A DNA stretch of 64,000 bases, from assembly GCA_951406725.2 (NCBI GenBank), contig OX597819.1:57350001-57414000 (forward strand), read 5' to 3'. Of the stretch, positions 13,416 through 28,377 are shown one piece after another. A program made the translations under genes and the position numbers. The notes beneath the pieces were generated by a model that saw only the letters and a program-made list of their open reading frames with translations, did no database searches and was not told the DNA's origin. The stretch's first letter is position 1, and the number at the start of each line of letters is the position of its first letter. Source of the DNA: Octopus vulgaris. Lineage: Eukaryota.

Positions 13416-13862
13416 TCTATGTATGTTTGTAGTGAGTAAGGAAATGTAAGTGAATACCAATTCCGAGTGATATCCATCATTCGCTAAAAGTGTAATATCA
13501 AACGAATGAAGAAGTGAATATGGCGATATTACATAACTTCATTAAAACTTACGTTCCGTTCACTAGTGGAGGCATTTGATCAACTTTTTCATTGGCTTGT
13601 ACGTATAAACGTGTAAATCTATACAATAATTGATTAGGTGAATAATTAATTGATCAACTAATTAATTACTGTATGCATTTACACATATTTAGATGCACAT
13701 TGCAATGTGTAAATTGTCGAGTCTACCACAAGCTATCGAAATATTCGTAATCTTTAATACTTGTAATATTATCATCTGCATTAAGTTATATATGTGTGTG
13801 TGTGTACCTATATTATTATTATTATTATTATTATTTCCATAGGTACATATATATACATATAC

Positions 13863-13920
<58 letters not shown>

Positions 13921-13989
13921 AATTAATAAATAAATAAAACATATGCATATATACATACATATATGTACGTACCTACCTCCACATGTATA

Positions 13990-14177
13990 TATACATGCAT
14001 ATATGGGTACAGGACACCAAAAAAACGTCGAACACAATACGTAGAAACGAAAACATAAACACAAAACCAAGGAAATGAACATTTTTCTTAAACAACGAAA
14101 AAATAGATTACAGGACATACAAAACAAGGAAAATTCCCCTTCTTCAGTCACCTTTGTTTGATGTACTCCACGTTTCG

Positions 14178-14181
<4 letters not shown>
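13990..14181 (-). repeat. Dispersed repeat between (TA)n tracts carrying GAAAC...CTGAAGA
   Basis: Minus strand CCTTCGAAACGTGGAGTACATCAAACAAAGGTGACTGAAGAAGGGG followed by a T-rich tail. Confidence 0.45.
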
Positions 14182-14227
<46 letters not shown>

Positions 14228-15344
14228 ACTGATAATAATAAAATAGTTTATGTGACCCATACCCTCTATTTTTCTGGTCATCTACTATAATCTTGCTGAC
14301 ATCTGAGACAGGTTTGTTTCATGTAATCATAATGAATTTATAGCAACAGTAAAATAGGGTTAGGGAAGAGTATCAGACATTAATTAGTTTATCACCAGCA
14401 GCTAGAACTTAACCTCCAATTCCTAGTAGTTTTAATTCTAAGTGGATGTAGAATACTAGCTGCATTAGGTCTTTACACTCTGATAAGGAGTAACATAAAT
14501 GTAGCTATATGTTATATCGCAATACTACTCAATGGCTGTGTGAGCTACGAAATCTTCGCCACCACTGTTATATCGCACGTTCAGATGACCTCTACTCAAC
14601 TCCCGACGTCTAGACTTCTCCCTCTATATCTACGTATTGGGCTAGCCTACTTCATCGGCAGGGGGCGTCCACACAACACTATATTACCAAATCCGACCCC
14701 TTCCCCTCATTGTTATTCTCTTTTACAACTCCAAAGTATAGTTGTGGTATTTTCTCCCTAAGTTTATTCTGCTACAGTAATAGCAGCTACCATGTAATAC
14801 CTTTATTCTCTAGTTATGATGAAACATTCGATAAAGAATTATAATGGAGTATCCACTATTTTGAAAACCTATTTTGTCTTATGCTTCCGAGGAAAGTGGT
14901 GTATTACAAATTATGTAATGCTTGCATTGTACGATTAAGCAGAGCCATCTGAAACGGATGTAGTGCACTAATACCTTAACATCCTTGTTACTTGTCTGTT
15001 TTTCATTCACCTTACTTCAAGCTGTGCGGGTAATACTGGGCTGACTTGGTGCATCAACTTATATGCCTAATTCTATTGAATCTTAATTATATAGATAGAT
15101 AGATAAATAGACATCCATAGATACATACAGGCAGGTATGCATATGCACATATATATGTGTGCGCGTGTGTGCCTGTGTGTGCACGTACGCAAGTGCATTT
15201 GTATGAGTCAAAAAATGAAATGTAAATGTAAGGATAACGATTCTGCTGACGAATAAAAACCCGAAACAAAGATAAAACGAAAGTAAACAAGAATATTTGA
15301 TACCATGTCTTTGCAAAATTAATTATTAATTTCTAATCATCCTA

Positions 15345-15560
15345 GCGGGTCCTGAAAAGTTCCTGGCTTTGGTGAAAGAACCTCTAGGAGGTTCAGTTAA
15401 TTATGATTTTATGCAACATATTCCCCTCACAGATTCACACAATTATTGCAGCAGTCCTTCATCATTTTCCCTAAGAAATCTGTTGGTTGGGCTTTCAACC
15501 AAGCCTTTCGTGATGTCCTTAAAGCTAAGAACGTTTCAACATCCCTCGTATATAAGACGC
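15345..15560. mobile_element. Tc1/mariner-type MITE end fragment
   Basis: GGGTCCTGAAAAGTTCCTGGCTTT resembles mariner TIR ends (recalled). The second TIR was not found. Confidence 0.35.
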
Positions 15561-15864
15561 CTTTTAATTTTTCGAAATAAAAGTGCAAATCTGTGTATTG
15601 TACTTTTATGTTTCCATAGCAATGTTTCTATTCGTGTTTAAAATGTAATTTGTTAATATGACACAAACACGAAAAATTACAATCTGTTATTTCGGAAAGC
15701 ATTATATCAACGTATTGTGTATATATGAATCATGCCTTTTGTTTCATTTTTTAGTTTATAAATGAGTTATATAAAATATTTAAGTCATGTACGCTGCATT
15801 GACTTGATAAATATATTAATAGTTCTTCAATTTCGCGCCAGGTTATCATGGCAGGTATATATGT

Positions 15865-16345
<481 letters not shown>

Positions 16346-16476
16346 TATATATGTATTTATATACACACATAGATAGATAGATATAGATATACATACGTCT
16401 GTATATATGTGTGTACGAGTATATATCTATATGACTGCGAGTGCGAGTGAGTGCCTGTGGGCCGTTGTGTGCGTGT

Positions 16477-16512
<36 letters not shown>

Positions 16513-17154
16513 GCGTGTGTGTATGTGTGGTGTTGGTGTGCGTATGTGCATGTCATGAACTATAATTTGATTAATCTACAATTCTGTTTTTGTTCTGTAT
16601 TATGGCCGTACTCATAGGTGCGATTGAAAGTATTTGTATAACTCAGGTTCCGTAGTCATGTGTCACTCATTCGGAATTCGCTCATTTTGTTTATATTTTG
16701 GGGTGGATTGTAAAAACTGTTAGCACTTAGATTGGTTTGTATACGATTGCATTTTATATAATACTAATCATGAAAAGCTAAAGGTCTCTAACTTTTGTTT
16801 ATACGTTTAAAATGTGATTTCAAACTTTCGTGACATTTTGCAACTGGGGATAACATAAAGAGATTCTGCGGTGATATAGATAACATTTTAAAGGGTGCTT
16901 TTTACATGCCGTTATGGATTGCCAGCATAATCTGTTATAATTCGAATGCTTGCTGAGTTTCGATCAATGAGAGACATGTTTCCGACATTAAAATGGAAAA
17001 TGTTGCTGTGTTAGAACCATGAGTGGTGTTTTAAGCGTGTTTTTTTTTTCTCAGAAGGTCATTTATTGGAATTAGCGTTAGTTTGTCCAAGCAGTGATAG
17101 TTAACAAGTCGAACAATTCTCGAGAATGCAGGAAGCAACTTCAACACAGGAATT

Positions 17155-17288
<134 letters not shown>

Positions 17289-17405
17289 TGTGTGTGTGTG
17301 TGTGTATATAAAGCACGATTTATTCGCGATCAGAGTTGTTCGGAAACCGAGGTAATACTGTATATATATATATGCATACATACTTATATATATATATTTA
17401 TTTAT

Positions 17406-17497
17406 ATCTTATAAGAAAGGGCTAAAGAAGATATTTCTAAAGCCAATATACTGATATTGGCTTTAGAAATATCTTCTTTAGCCCTTTCTTATAAGAT
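17406..17497. repeat. Perfect palindrome: 44-bp arms, 4-nt loop (ACTG)
   Basis: ATCTTATAAGAAAGGGCTAAAGAAGATATTTCTAAAGCCAATAT and its exact reverse complement at 17454-17497. Confidence 0.95.
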
Positions 17498-18098
17498 GTT
17501 CATATTTCAACCGTAAAGGTTTTTTTTAATATACTGCCACGCTTCCTGATGGAATTCTTTTCTGTAGAGAAAAGGGCTTCATCCTATATTTGTTAGTAAT
17601 ATTTATTTATATATATACATTATATGCATATCAGGTTTATATCAACATATTATATGTGTACATATACATACAATTATAGATATATATTTATGCGCGCATA
17701 GAATGAGTGAAAAATGAATAGGTGAGCATGTATCTTTGTTAATTTGCATAATATTTTGACGAATCACCTCCCGAAATTATAGTTGTTATATAAAGGTATT
17801 TTCTTGTGTGTAAAAGTAATCTGTACTTCGGTTGGGGAAACTTATTGCATAAAATAACGATATAGTAAGCGGGTATCAGCATATTTATTCTGAAGATAAA
17901 GCAGGTGGAGAATTGCACAAAGGACATGAAAATATAGATTATTCATTGAAAGATTACTTCTAGAATACAATTCATCAAAATTTCCCGAATTCAATGAAGC
18001 TCACGAATACAAACTTACACCCGCTCACACAGACGGCCACGCACACTCAAACACATGTATGCATATATATTTATATGTACATATATGTGCATACATAC

Positions 18099-18184
<86 letters not shown>

Positions 18185-18186
<2 letters not shown>

Positions 18187-18340
18187 AGTAGCAGCGTGGT
18201 AAGTAGCTTCCTTGCCGACCACATGCTTCCGGGTTCAGTCCCACTGCATGGCACCTAGGGCAAGTGTCTTCTACTATAGCCTCGAGCCGAGCAAAGCTTT
18301 GTGAGTGGATTTGGTAGACGGAAACTGAAAGAAGCCTGTC

Positions 18341-18401
<61 letters not shown>

Positions 18402-18463
18402 TATATTTATACATATATACTACAGGCTCCTTTCAGTTTCCGTCTACCAAATCCACTCACACG
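18185..18463 (+). mobile_element. CORE-like SINE 5' half, (TA)n, then an inverted fragment of the same SINE
   Basis: GGTTCAGTCCCACTGC..CTAGGGCAAGTGTCTT. GTGAGTGGATTTGGTAGACGGAAACTGAAAG (18301-18331) recurs inverted at 18430-18460. Confidence 0.8.
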
Positions 18464-18521
18464 GCTAAAGTAGAAAATATTTCATACATACACACATGCA
18501 TACACATACACATATATATAT

Positions 18522-18596
<75 letters not shown>

Positions 18597-20032
18597 CGTG
18601 TGTAAGTATCTCTCTCTTTCTTTATGTATATATATTACTAACAGTTCAGATGACCTCACATATGAGTTTCTTCGCCCTTGCATCAGGGAAGACATTATCT
18701 GAACCAGAAGGCTGTTTTTATTATGCAAAATTTTATTTTCTCGGAGAGAAATATTTGCGGATATATCCTATAATCTATTAAATATTTGCTTATACTATAT
18801 TCCTATGATAAATATTTATTATACGAATATAATAAAAGCACTACAGTTTGAATTAATTTTAATTCGAGTTCAGATTTGCGTTTATTATTTTCGTACTGTG
18901 TATCAGCCTTCATCACAATATTTGCGATGAGAGGCATTTAATACATAAATTTAATTGTAGGGATATATATAAATATATAGACACAAGTATGATAGTAAAT
19001 TTATCTGAACTATATCGATATATTTCAAGTAACAAAACATCATATTTGATATTATGTAAACAAGAAATTAGACACACACCACACGTCCGTACTCATTCAC
19101 AAATACTATATATGTGTGTGTACGTATGTGTATGTATATGTACGTGTGTGTTTGTTAGGTATATATATATATATTTTGTATGTGCCACTACATTCAGGAC
19201 TAGAGTTAAACATTAAAATGAACGTCTTGTAACGACATAAGCAAAGTGATATACCTGAAAACAGCTGAACTGAAAGCAGATACAAATTATATCATCCTTT
19301 CAAATACAAGCAGTTCTAAGAAAATTTGGAAAATCCACCTGCCTACTCTTGATAGCACTGGGGAACAGTTTTGAAGATAATTTCCATTGAGTTCGAGTCT
19401 TCACTTCATTTAAACTAGCACTAGTAGGCTGATTTCAAAACTGCACTCAGATTCTCTTCTGTCAAGTTCGTTGTTTTTTTGTACAAATTTCGCTCTGAAC
19501 ACACATTTATATTTAGTTAAAATCAAAATATCTAACTCAACCTAACGTACATTCCCTAGTGTAATTAGCTAGCTTTCTCTTTCATTTATGTTTTAGTTGT
19601 CGATCATTTCCAAAGTATGAAATCTGTATTTGAAATACCCTTTGTATTAGATGAATCTGCCTTTATAATAAAAATTCAGCAAAAATCGATCGGATAGTAT
19701 TACATCTATATCGTGCCGTCAGTAGTTCTTCTTTCTGGGCAATATCTAAAACAGATAATTCAGACACTAGACAGCATCAACGTGTTACAGCATAGCGCAC
19801 TGAAAAATACTTCACACTTTGTGACACAACGCAATCTGCTCAAAAATGAAATCAAAAGAAATAAACCAAGAAACTAGTAAGGAGGTCACAAACCTATTTT
19901 AACGGGTGATCCATCAAAGTCATATTTCTAACTGATCTTTCATCCATTAATCAGACATTCTTCATGTGAACTATTTTCTTTCTCACCTTAGAATTGGGAA
20001 TAAACGGCAGAGATGCATGAGTCACGAAAGGG

Positions 20033-20074
<42 letters not shown>

Positions 20075-20272
20075 TCGCACACGCATACATATGCCTATAT
20101 ATATAAAATGCATACATATATAGTTGAAATTTACAAAAAAAAAGAAGACGGGCGTGTAAACAACAAACGGATGTATTAGTTTATATGCATATATATACAT
20201 ATGTATATATACATATATATACATATATATAAATTGATCAAAATAAAATAAAAACATGATGCGAAGGATTCA

Positions 20273-20350
20273 GCGGTACATATGTTTCGGGCCTTTATTA
20301 GACAGATTTATAACAATGCATAATGTATGTCTGTGGCCTTCTTCAGCCGC
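20273..20350 (-). ncRNA. Type I hammerhead ribozyme
   Basis: Exact reverse complement of 23130-23207. Confidence 0.8.
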
Positions 20351-23129
20351 GCACAACAGCTTCCACAAGGACATGTGTTACATCAAAAATTCTTGGTTGG
20401 GGATGCAAATCCTCTCATTCGCGTACGACATAATGCGGCAGCAGCATAGAATTGAAGCGTCCATCTCTTTTTTCTCTCAATGTAGAATGAGGAAAATTGG
20501 ATGTTGAGGTAATGTAAATAAATAAATACATATATAGGCGTGAAGATGGAGGGGCGAGAATTCGGGACGAGGGATAAAAGATGTATAAAAGTGTAAGTAT
20601 AGAAAAATATAAAAATGTAGAGCATAAAGATATAAAGAGTTGTAAGGAGATGTAAAGGGGGTATAAAGAATATAAAGAAATATAAAGAAATATAAATAAA
20701 TGTAAAGGCATAAGGTTATAAAGTAAAAATAGAAATAGAAATAAAAGTAAAAAAACATGATAAAAACATGATAAAAATGTAAAAGAACGTAAAGATAAGG
20801 GATGTATAGAGGTTACGGACCAAGCATGGTGGTCAGGAGATTGATAAGATTTAGTTGTAGAATTGTCAGTAAATCAACAGTTTCGTCTGGGGACCTAATG
20901 TGTTGTAAATCAGAGCTGATGAGCATTTAATCTGGTTCCTTGAATTAAATGGACTTCTAGTACATACATATCATCATGGATACATACACCCATATACACG
21001 CGTACATATACGCCTCCAAGCCTATAAGCATACACACGCACTCGCGTGTAAACATGTACATAAACACACACGCACCCACACGCACGCGCGTACACATACA
21101 TACATACAACAGAATATCCGCATATATACACGGACACTATACGCGTACACACTCACATGTACATACGCGCGCCCATCCCTACATACACACACGTATATGC
21201 CCACGCCTCTAGGTCTAGATATAAGATATTAAAGGATGTATATAAGAACGTATGTAAAAAATCACGTACTCATGTCTATACGTGCACGCACACACGGCTG
21301 TGTGTCCGTATGTGCGTGCACATATACACTTATATACACACGCAGAGACACACGTGCATATGGGTATAGCTATAAGATATCGAAATATGTATGTACATAT
21401 ATGCGCATGCATATGTATGTATGCGTATACACACGTACGCGGACGCTCGTATAGTCAAAAAGTGGATCCATAGGTAAGTAAATAAACATATATAGAGGTG
21501 TAAAGCGATAAGTTAGGGGTAAGAATGAGGGTAAGGGTAAAAATTAGAAATAAAAAATACAGTATAAAATAAGAAATACAATGTAATATTTAGAAATGAA
21601 ATATAAGAATTATAAAAATTATAAGAGTTAAGGTAAGGGATGAAAATAAAAATGAGAATAAATGGAAGTAGAATAAAAGTAAAAATAAAAATAAATGGAA
21701 GTAGGATAAAAGTAAAAATAAAAGTAAAAATAAAAATAAAATAAAATAAGATAAAAATATAATTTGGTAAAGTTTAACCCTACTTCCATTTATTTTTATT
21801 TTTACCTTTATTCTACTTCCATTTATTCTCATTTTTATTTTCATCCCTTACCTTAACTCTTATAATTTTTATAATTCTTATATTTCATTTCTAAATATTA
21901 CATTATATTTCTTATTTTATACTGTATTTTTATTTCTAATTTTTACCCTTACCCTCATTCTTACCCCTAACTTATCGCTTTACACCTCTATATATGTTTA
22001 TTTACTTACCTATGGATCCACTTTTTGACTATACGAGCGTCCGCGTACGTGTGTATACGCATACATACATATGCACGCGCATATATGTACATACATATTT
22101 CGATATCTTATAGCTATACCCATATGCACGTGTGTCTCTGCGTGTGTATATAAGTGTATATGTGCACGCACATACGGACACACAGCCGTGTGTGCGTGCA
22201 CGTATAGACATGAGTACGTGATTTTTTACATACGTTCTTATATACATCGTTTAATATCTTATATCTAGACCTAGAGGCGTGGGCATATACGTGTGTGTAT
22301 GTAGGGATGGGCGCGCGTATGTACATGTGAGTGTGTACATATATGTCCGTGTATACATGCGGATATTCTGTTGTATGTATGTATGTGTACGCGCGTGCGT
22401 GTGGGTGCGTGTGTGTTTATGTACATGTTTACACGCGAGTGCGTGTGTATGCTTATAGGCTTGGACGTATATATACGCGTGTATATGGGTGTATGTATCC
22501 ATGATGATATGTATGTACTAGAAGTCCATTTAATTCAAGGAACCAGATTAAATGCTCATCAGCTCTGATTTACAACACATTAGGTCCCCCAGACGAAACT
22601 GTTGATTTACTGACAATTCTACAACTAAATCTTATCAATCTCCTGACCACCATATTTGGTCCGTAACCTCTATACATCCCTTATCTTTACGTTCTTTTAC
22701 ATTTTTATCATGTTTTTATCATGTTTTTTTACTTTTATTTCTATTTCTATTTTTACTTTATAACCTTATGCCTTTACATTTATTTATATTTCTTTATATT
22801 TCTTTATATTCTTTATACCCCCTTTACATCTCCTTACAACTCTTTATATCTTTATGCTCTACATTTTTATATTTTTCTATACTTACACTTTTATACATTT
22901 TTTTATCCCTCGTCCCGAATTCTCGCCCCTCCAACTTCACGCCTATATATGTATTTATTTATTTACATTACCTCAACATCCAATTTTCCTCATTCTACAT
23001 TAAGAGAAGAAAGAGATGGACGCTTCAATTCTATGCTGCTGCCGCATTATGTCGTGCACGAATGAGAGGATTTGCATCCCCAACCAAGAATTTTTGATGT
23101 AACACATGTCCTTGTGGAAGCTGTTGTGC

Positions 23130-23207
23130 GCGGCTGAAGAAGGCCACAGACATACATTATGCATTGTTATAAATCTGTCTAATAAAGGCCCGAAACATAT
23201 GTACCGC
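23130..23207 (+). ncRNA. Type I hammerhead ribozyme
   Basis: Stem I GCGG/CCGC, CTGAAGA 23134-23140, stem II GGCC/GGCC with inner ACAGA/TCTGT, GAAA 23192-23195, palindromic stem III ACATATGT, GTA site (cleavage after 23203). Distal stem I GAAG/CTTC. Confidence 0.82.
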
Positions 23208-23319
23208 TGAATCCTTCGCATCATGTTTTTATTTCATTTTGATCAATTTACTCCACCACCTACACCACCAAACGGTATACACAGGTGCTTATAATTATCA
23301 AGTACTCACCCCGAATTTC

Positions 23320-23350
<31 letters not shown>

Positions 23351-24320
23351 ATACACACGTACGTACATACATAGAATTCATGATATTACATGTAATTCTG
23401 CATATGTGTATCTATCTATGTATCTGTCTGTCTTTCTGTCTGCTTGTCAGTCTCTGTGGGTATCTATGTATGTATATCTAATTTCCCACGAATCATACGC
23501 TAACACAGGAATAAATGAGGAACACATTCTGAAGTATTGGCATCGATGGTTTATGCTTCCAAATGCTGTGGTTTGATGCCTGAAATGCTTTTGATTGTGC
23601 AAGTCTGTTAGATCAGAAACGACACAGAACGAATGAAATGAATATTGACTACGATTGTAATTATCTCTGCCGATAAAATATATATTTTAAAAAATCGTGG
23701 ACACAACATACTGCTCACACTTTCGTCCTCAAAAATTTTGTGAATGACTGATTTGTGACAGTAAACCAATGCCGCAGCTGAATTCATCAAGGAAACAAAT
23801 GTTTACAAATGCGTGCAATACACATTTGTTATCTGCTTCAAAAGATATATTGCATTCTTATACCTTAACCACAACCTACTCTCGTAAAGACCAAGTTTCT
23901 GAAGTTTTATGTCTGGAAATTTCTACTAGATCTATGGCACTGGTACTCTGCCTATTATTAGTCTTAAACGAAACTTACAATATGCGACACGAAGGTGAAA
24001 GTATACTTCTGATAAGTTATATGCCATATTTTTTAATTATTAAAACGTGTGAGTGAGTACATCTGTTTGTGTGTATGTTTGTAATTACGTGTCAATTTGT
24101 TGCATCCAGTCTTCTATGTAGGAAACTGAATTTTGCATCAGATGGCATCTATTCAAGCAGTAGTAGATAGGTTACACATGTTGTGCGTTGTCTGTAAACT
24201 TTTCACCTTTTTACGGCGGCATTTATCCAAGATACAGAGTATCATTACCTTGGTGTTTATTTTAGATATCCGAGCAAAACCACATGCTTTAACTAGTGAT
24301 ATCATCATACATGCACACAA

Positions 24321-24447
<127 letters not shown>

Positions 24448-24566
24448 TATGTGTGTGGAGATTCTACTAGAGTAGAAGCAAGCGCTAATATATGATTTAT
24501 AAAAACATGTGACATATTAATAAAAGTCTGTAAATATAAATCCATCCAGATTTCTGAGTACCTTAC

Positions 24567-24628
<62 letters not shown>

Positions 24629-24644
24629 GTATGTATATGTATTC

Positions 24645-25040
24645 TATTATTCTCTTGTTTGTTTCAGATATTTGGCTGTGCTCATGCTGGAGTACCTCCT
24701 TTAGTCAAACGAATTGACCTCATGACTTATTCTTTGTAAGTCTAGTACTTATTCTATCGGTTTACTTTTGCCGAATCGCTAGATATCGGAGACGTAAACA
24801 CACCAACAAGCGGTGGTGTGGAGACAAACACATGCACACAAAAATACACGCATGCACACATATATACATAAAAATACGACGGGCTTCTTTCAGTTTCCCT
24901 CTACCAAATCCACTCACAAGGGTGTGGACGGCCCGAGGCTATAGTAGAAAACACTTGGCCAACCAACGTGCCACGCAGTGGGACTGAACCCGGAACCATA
25001 TGGTTGGAAAGCAAACTACTTACCACACAGCCACTCCTAC
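24645..25040 (-). mobile_element. Near full-length CORE-like SINE (octopus OR2-like)
   Basis: Reverse complement of 35775-36165 (GGAGTGGCTGTGTGGTAAGTAG..GGTTCAGTCCCACTGCGTGGCAC). Confidence 0.8.
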
Positions 25041-25041
25041 A

Positions 25042-25121
<80 letters not shown>

Positions 25122-26732
25122 CGCGACCGCACACACACGCATAAATATATATTGTGCCTTGAGAGAGTCATTATGCCAATGATAGTAACACACGTTCACT
25201 TCCAATTTTTTATTGTTAGCCATTTGGTTAGACATGTAACCAACTAATGTATTGTTCGTGTGTTTAATGTGTTGGTTTAAACAATCACTCGGTTGATTGT
25301 CCGTCGAACTTATTTGGTCGCTGGTCGTGACCTGTTTAGTGACGTAGTGACTTTGCCTCTCACTCCAACGTTTGTTCTGCGTCTGTCTGAGAATTGGTCT
25401 TCTGTCTCTGTGTATTCTTGCGTGTGAGCGTTCTAGTTAGAGCGTATGTGTTTCGGCGTACGTGTGCGCGCGTACATGCATGTTTGTCTGCGCGTGAAAT
25501 TGTCCATGTGTGTATGTGCGAGTGCGTGCGCGTGCCTGCACATATTAGTGTGTGTGTGCGTGTGTGCTTACGCGGGTATGCGTGTTGTGTTCATCTATGT
25601 GGGCGTTGTTCTGTTTTGTGATACTCTATGTGCGTGTGTGTGTGTGCATGTTGATGTCTTTGGTCTTTTATAGGAAGTGTTCGAATCTATAAGTATTTAA
25701 CGATTGGTTGTATAATCAGCTCATTAAACAAACGATCAGTTAGTCAATTGGTTAGATATATAACTAATTGATTAACAATAACGAAGTGGATAGACTTGAG
25801 CCTGTGACTGTGGTACTATCATTGATATAATGTCTCTCCGAAGACACAACAAAATTTGTTTGGACACCCGAATTCACATCAGCAATGTTGTACCGCAAAT
25901 ACAAAAACCGAACACACACACACATACATACTCACACAAGTATGTATGTATTTATGTATGTATGTATGTATGTATGTATGTATGTATGTATGTATGTATG
26001 CATGTATGTATGTATGTATGTATGTGTATATGTATGTATAAGCATATATACATAAATTCCATTGGGGAGTATCTAGTTTCACCATTTTTGACAGCAGCTA
26101 TCATTTTGAAAAATATTTCAAACGAATTAAGTATAAACTAACATACAGGGAATTCTTCTACTTTAAAACATGCTACGTTTGGAATTAATTTAAGAATATA
26201 TAATATAATACCTCTACGCATCCCTTTATAAATAATTTAGATAGAACACCTAAACTATTATTTTTCTTATCAAATATTGGCAGCAACTTTCTTCAAAATG
26301 CATTTCGCATCGGCGTATACATGACTATATTGCTATACGGGCACATATATTTAGATACATTTCCTCTGTGTGTGGTATGGGTGGCAGTGTAGCTAGTGCA
26401 GTTGTTTCGCATACAGATTGCCCGATAGCATGACAAATTGTAGGTGCTTCGAAGTATTTTTTCTCCGTTGAGATAAGTTTAATCATATTGCATTCGTCTC
26501 TTTTCTTTTAATTAAATTTATGTATTCAATTCATGTTGCCTCGTATCAAATTTTGAAGGAGAGAGTCTGATGCGAAATATGAAAATGATAAATATAAAAC
26601 CTGGTTTTGCAAAGAAGCGATGCAAAACTAAACTTTTTGTATTATATATTTCTATTATGAACATTTAAGGCATTGCAGAGATACATAAATATACATTTGA
26701 AGTAGAAAGTGAAACCTCGTTTGGAAAAGAGA

Positions 26733-26804
<72 letters not shown>

Positions 26805-26955
26805 TGTATGTATGTATGTATGTATGTATGTACATATATATATCTGTATGTATATATATTATATATGTATATATATACATATATATTTGTATGTATTTAT
26901 GTGTGTATACATGTATGTATGTATAAAGTGTTTGTGTGTATGCAGGGGAGAGAGG

Positions 26956-27030
<75 letters not shown>

Positions 27031-27462
27031 CGATATATAGACACATAGAAACAAATATATATACATAAAGAGACTTATGTATACATAAATATATAATATT
27101 ACATTATATTATAGATGTATAGGTGTATGCGTGTATGTGTAATGTGTTTGTGTATGAGTGATGGTGGGGTTGGTGTGAGTGTTTCTAAGAGGTATACGAG
27201 TTACAATATTTTGATGGATTGTCTTTAAAAAGAAATTCTGAAGGAAATAGCGATATTTCTATTGTATTCTTTGTGGAATTCGCTTGTTTTATCTTCAAAT
27301 GAATATTCTGCCCTCCCACCTTATTTTATCGTTTATTTTAAGCGATAGGTTTATGTAAGTGAAATATAGCTTTCTCACATGATGCCGATTTATATGAAAA
27401 TATAACCAGATGTGAAAAAAAATTAATAAAATTATGATCGCGCTGTTCTTGAAACAGACGCA

Positions 27463-27858
27463 ACTATATATATTAAAGTGAAGTTGTGTGTCTGTCTCCT
27501 ACGATTTAGATTCCTAACTACTCCCACATTTTGCGGTGCAGTTTAACCAAAACCGGGTATCTTATAGTCGTGATTCATATCGAGCCCTTCTGGGTATTAG
27601 CGCGCGTCTACGATGAGTCTACGATTTAAAAAAAAATTACCATAATTTTTTCCATTTTAATGCATCTTTTCGCTATTATATAAGGGAAGTAACTCTCTAA
27701 AAATGTCTACGACGGGTCATCGATTTAAATAGAAATTTACCGTCATTTTTGTTCCATTTTTAATGCATTTTTTTGCTATTTTTTGGCTATAACTCTCTAA
27801 AAATGCTTATATAATTATTTCCCTTACAAACCCGAGCAACGCCGGGTGATACTGCTAG
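27463..27858 (+). mobile_element. Non-autonomous Helitron
   Basis: 3' hairpin CCCGAGCAACGCCGGG, then CTAG|T at 27855-27858. Near-identical to 52188-52583, with an internal duplication of about 100 bp. Confidence 0.85.
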
Positions 27859-27894
<36 letters not shown>

Positions 27895-28240
27895 CGCATG
27901 AAGCTACAGTGTTATGTGTGAACACAAAGTTATAAAAGAAAGCACTCGATACTAGAAGTCGAATAAATTTTGTTCAAACAGAAATTCCATGAACGTCTAA
28001 GCCGATTTCTCGGTTCCCATTTTAGGAGGATTCCGGAAAAGATAAAAATGAACATGAAACATACACTCACACGCACAACCCTTCTACCACACCCCCAGCA
28101 ACACACAAATATGCGCACACACGTGAACATATATAATTATAACATTCAAGTGTATATATATACACATGCTCACACACACATACACACACAGAAACATATA
28201 TATTTATAATATATATACGTACATAAACATATATTATGTG

Positions 28241-28318
<78 letters not shown>

Positions 28319-28343
28319 GAATATATATATAAAAGCCAAGACG

Positions 28344-28377
<34 letters not shown>

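Larger units (their letters stand above)
20230..23250. mobile_element. 3-kb near-perfect palindromic element (arms 20230-21705 and 21779-23250, about 73-bp spacer), Penelope-like inverted structure
   Basis: Arms are reverse complements with only scattered substitutions and small indels, and the ORF track shows mirrored peptides. Each outer end carries an HHR, and both ends lie at or near (TA)n. Confidence 0.92.

Noticed and set aside
18644-18705. Minus-strand HHR-like string (CTGATGC..GAAACTCA..TGAGGTC) with GTTCAGAT/ATCTGAAC stem
   Set aside because: A9 is missing, there is no stem II pairing, and stem I is displaced 10 nt from the core.
21505-21785. TTAGGG/GGGTAA-like words near the palindrome centre as telomeric repeats
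   Set aside because: Only isolated imperfect words in an A-rich low-complexity tract.
22500-22568. VLEVHLIQGTRLNAHQL* as a vestige of a GIY-YIG C-terminus in the palindrome arm
   Set aside because: The E..I....LN spacing is suggestive but too short, and there are no upstream motifs.
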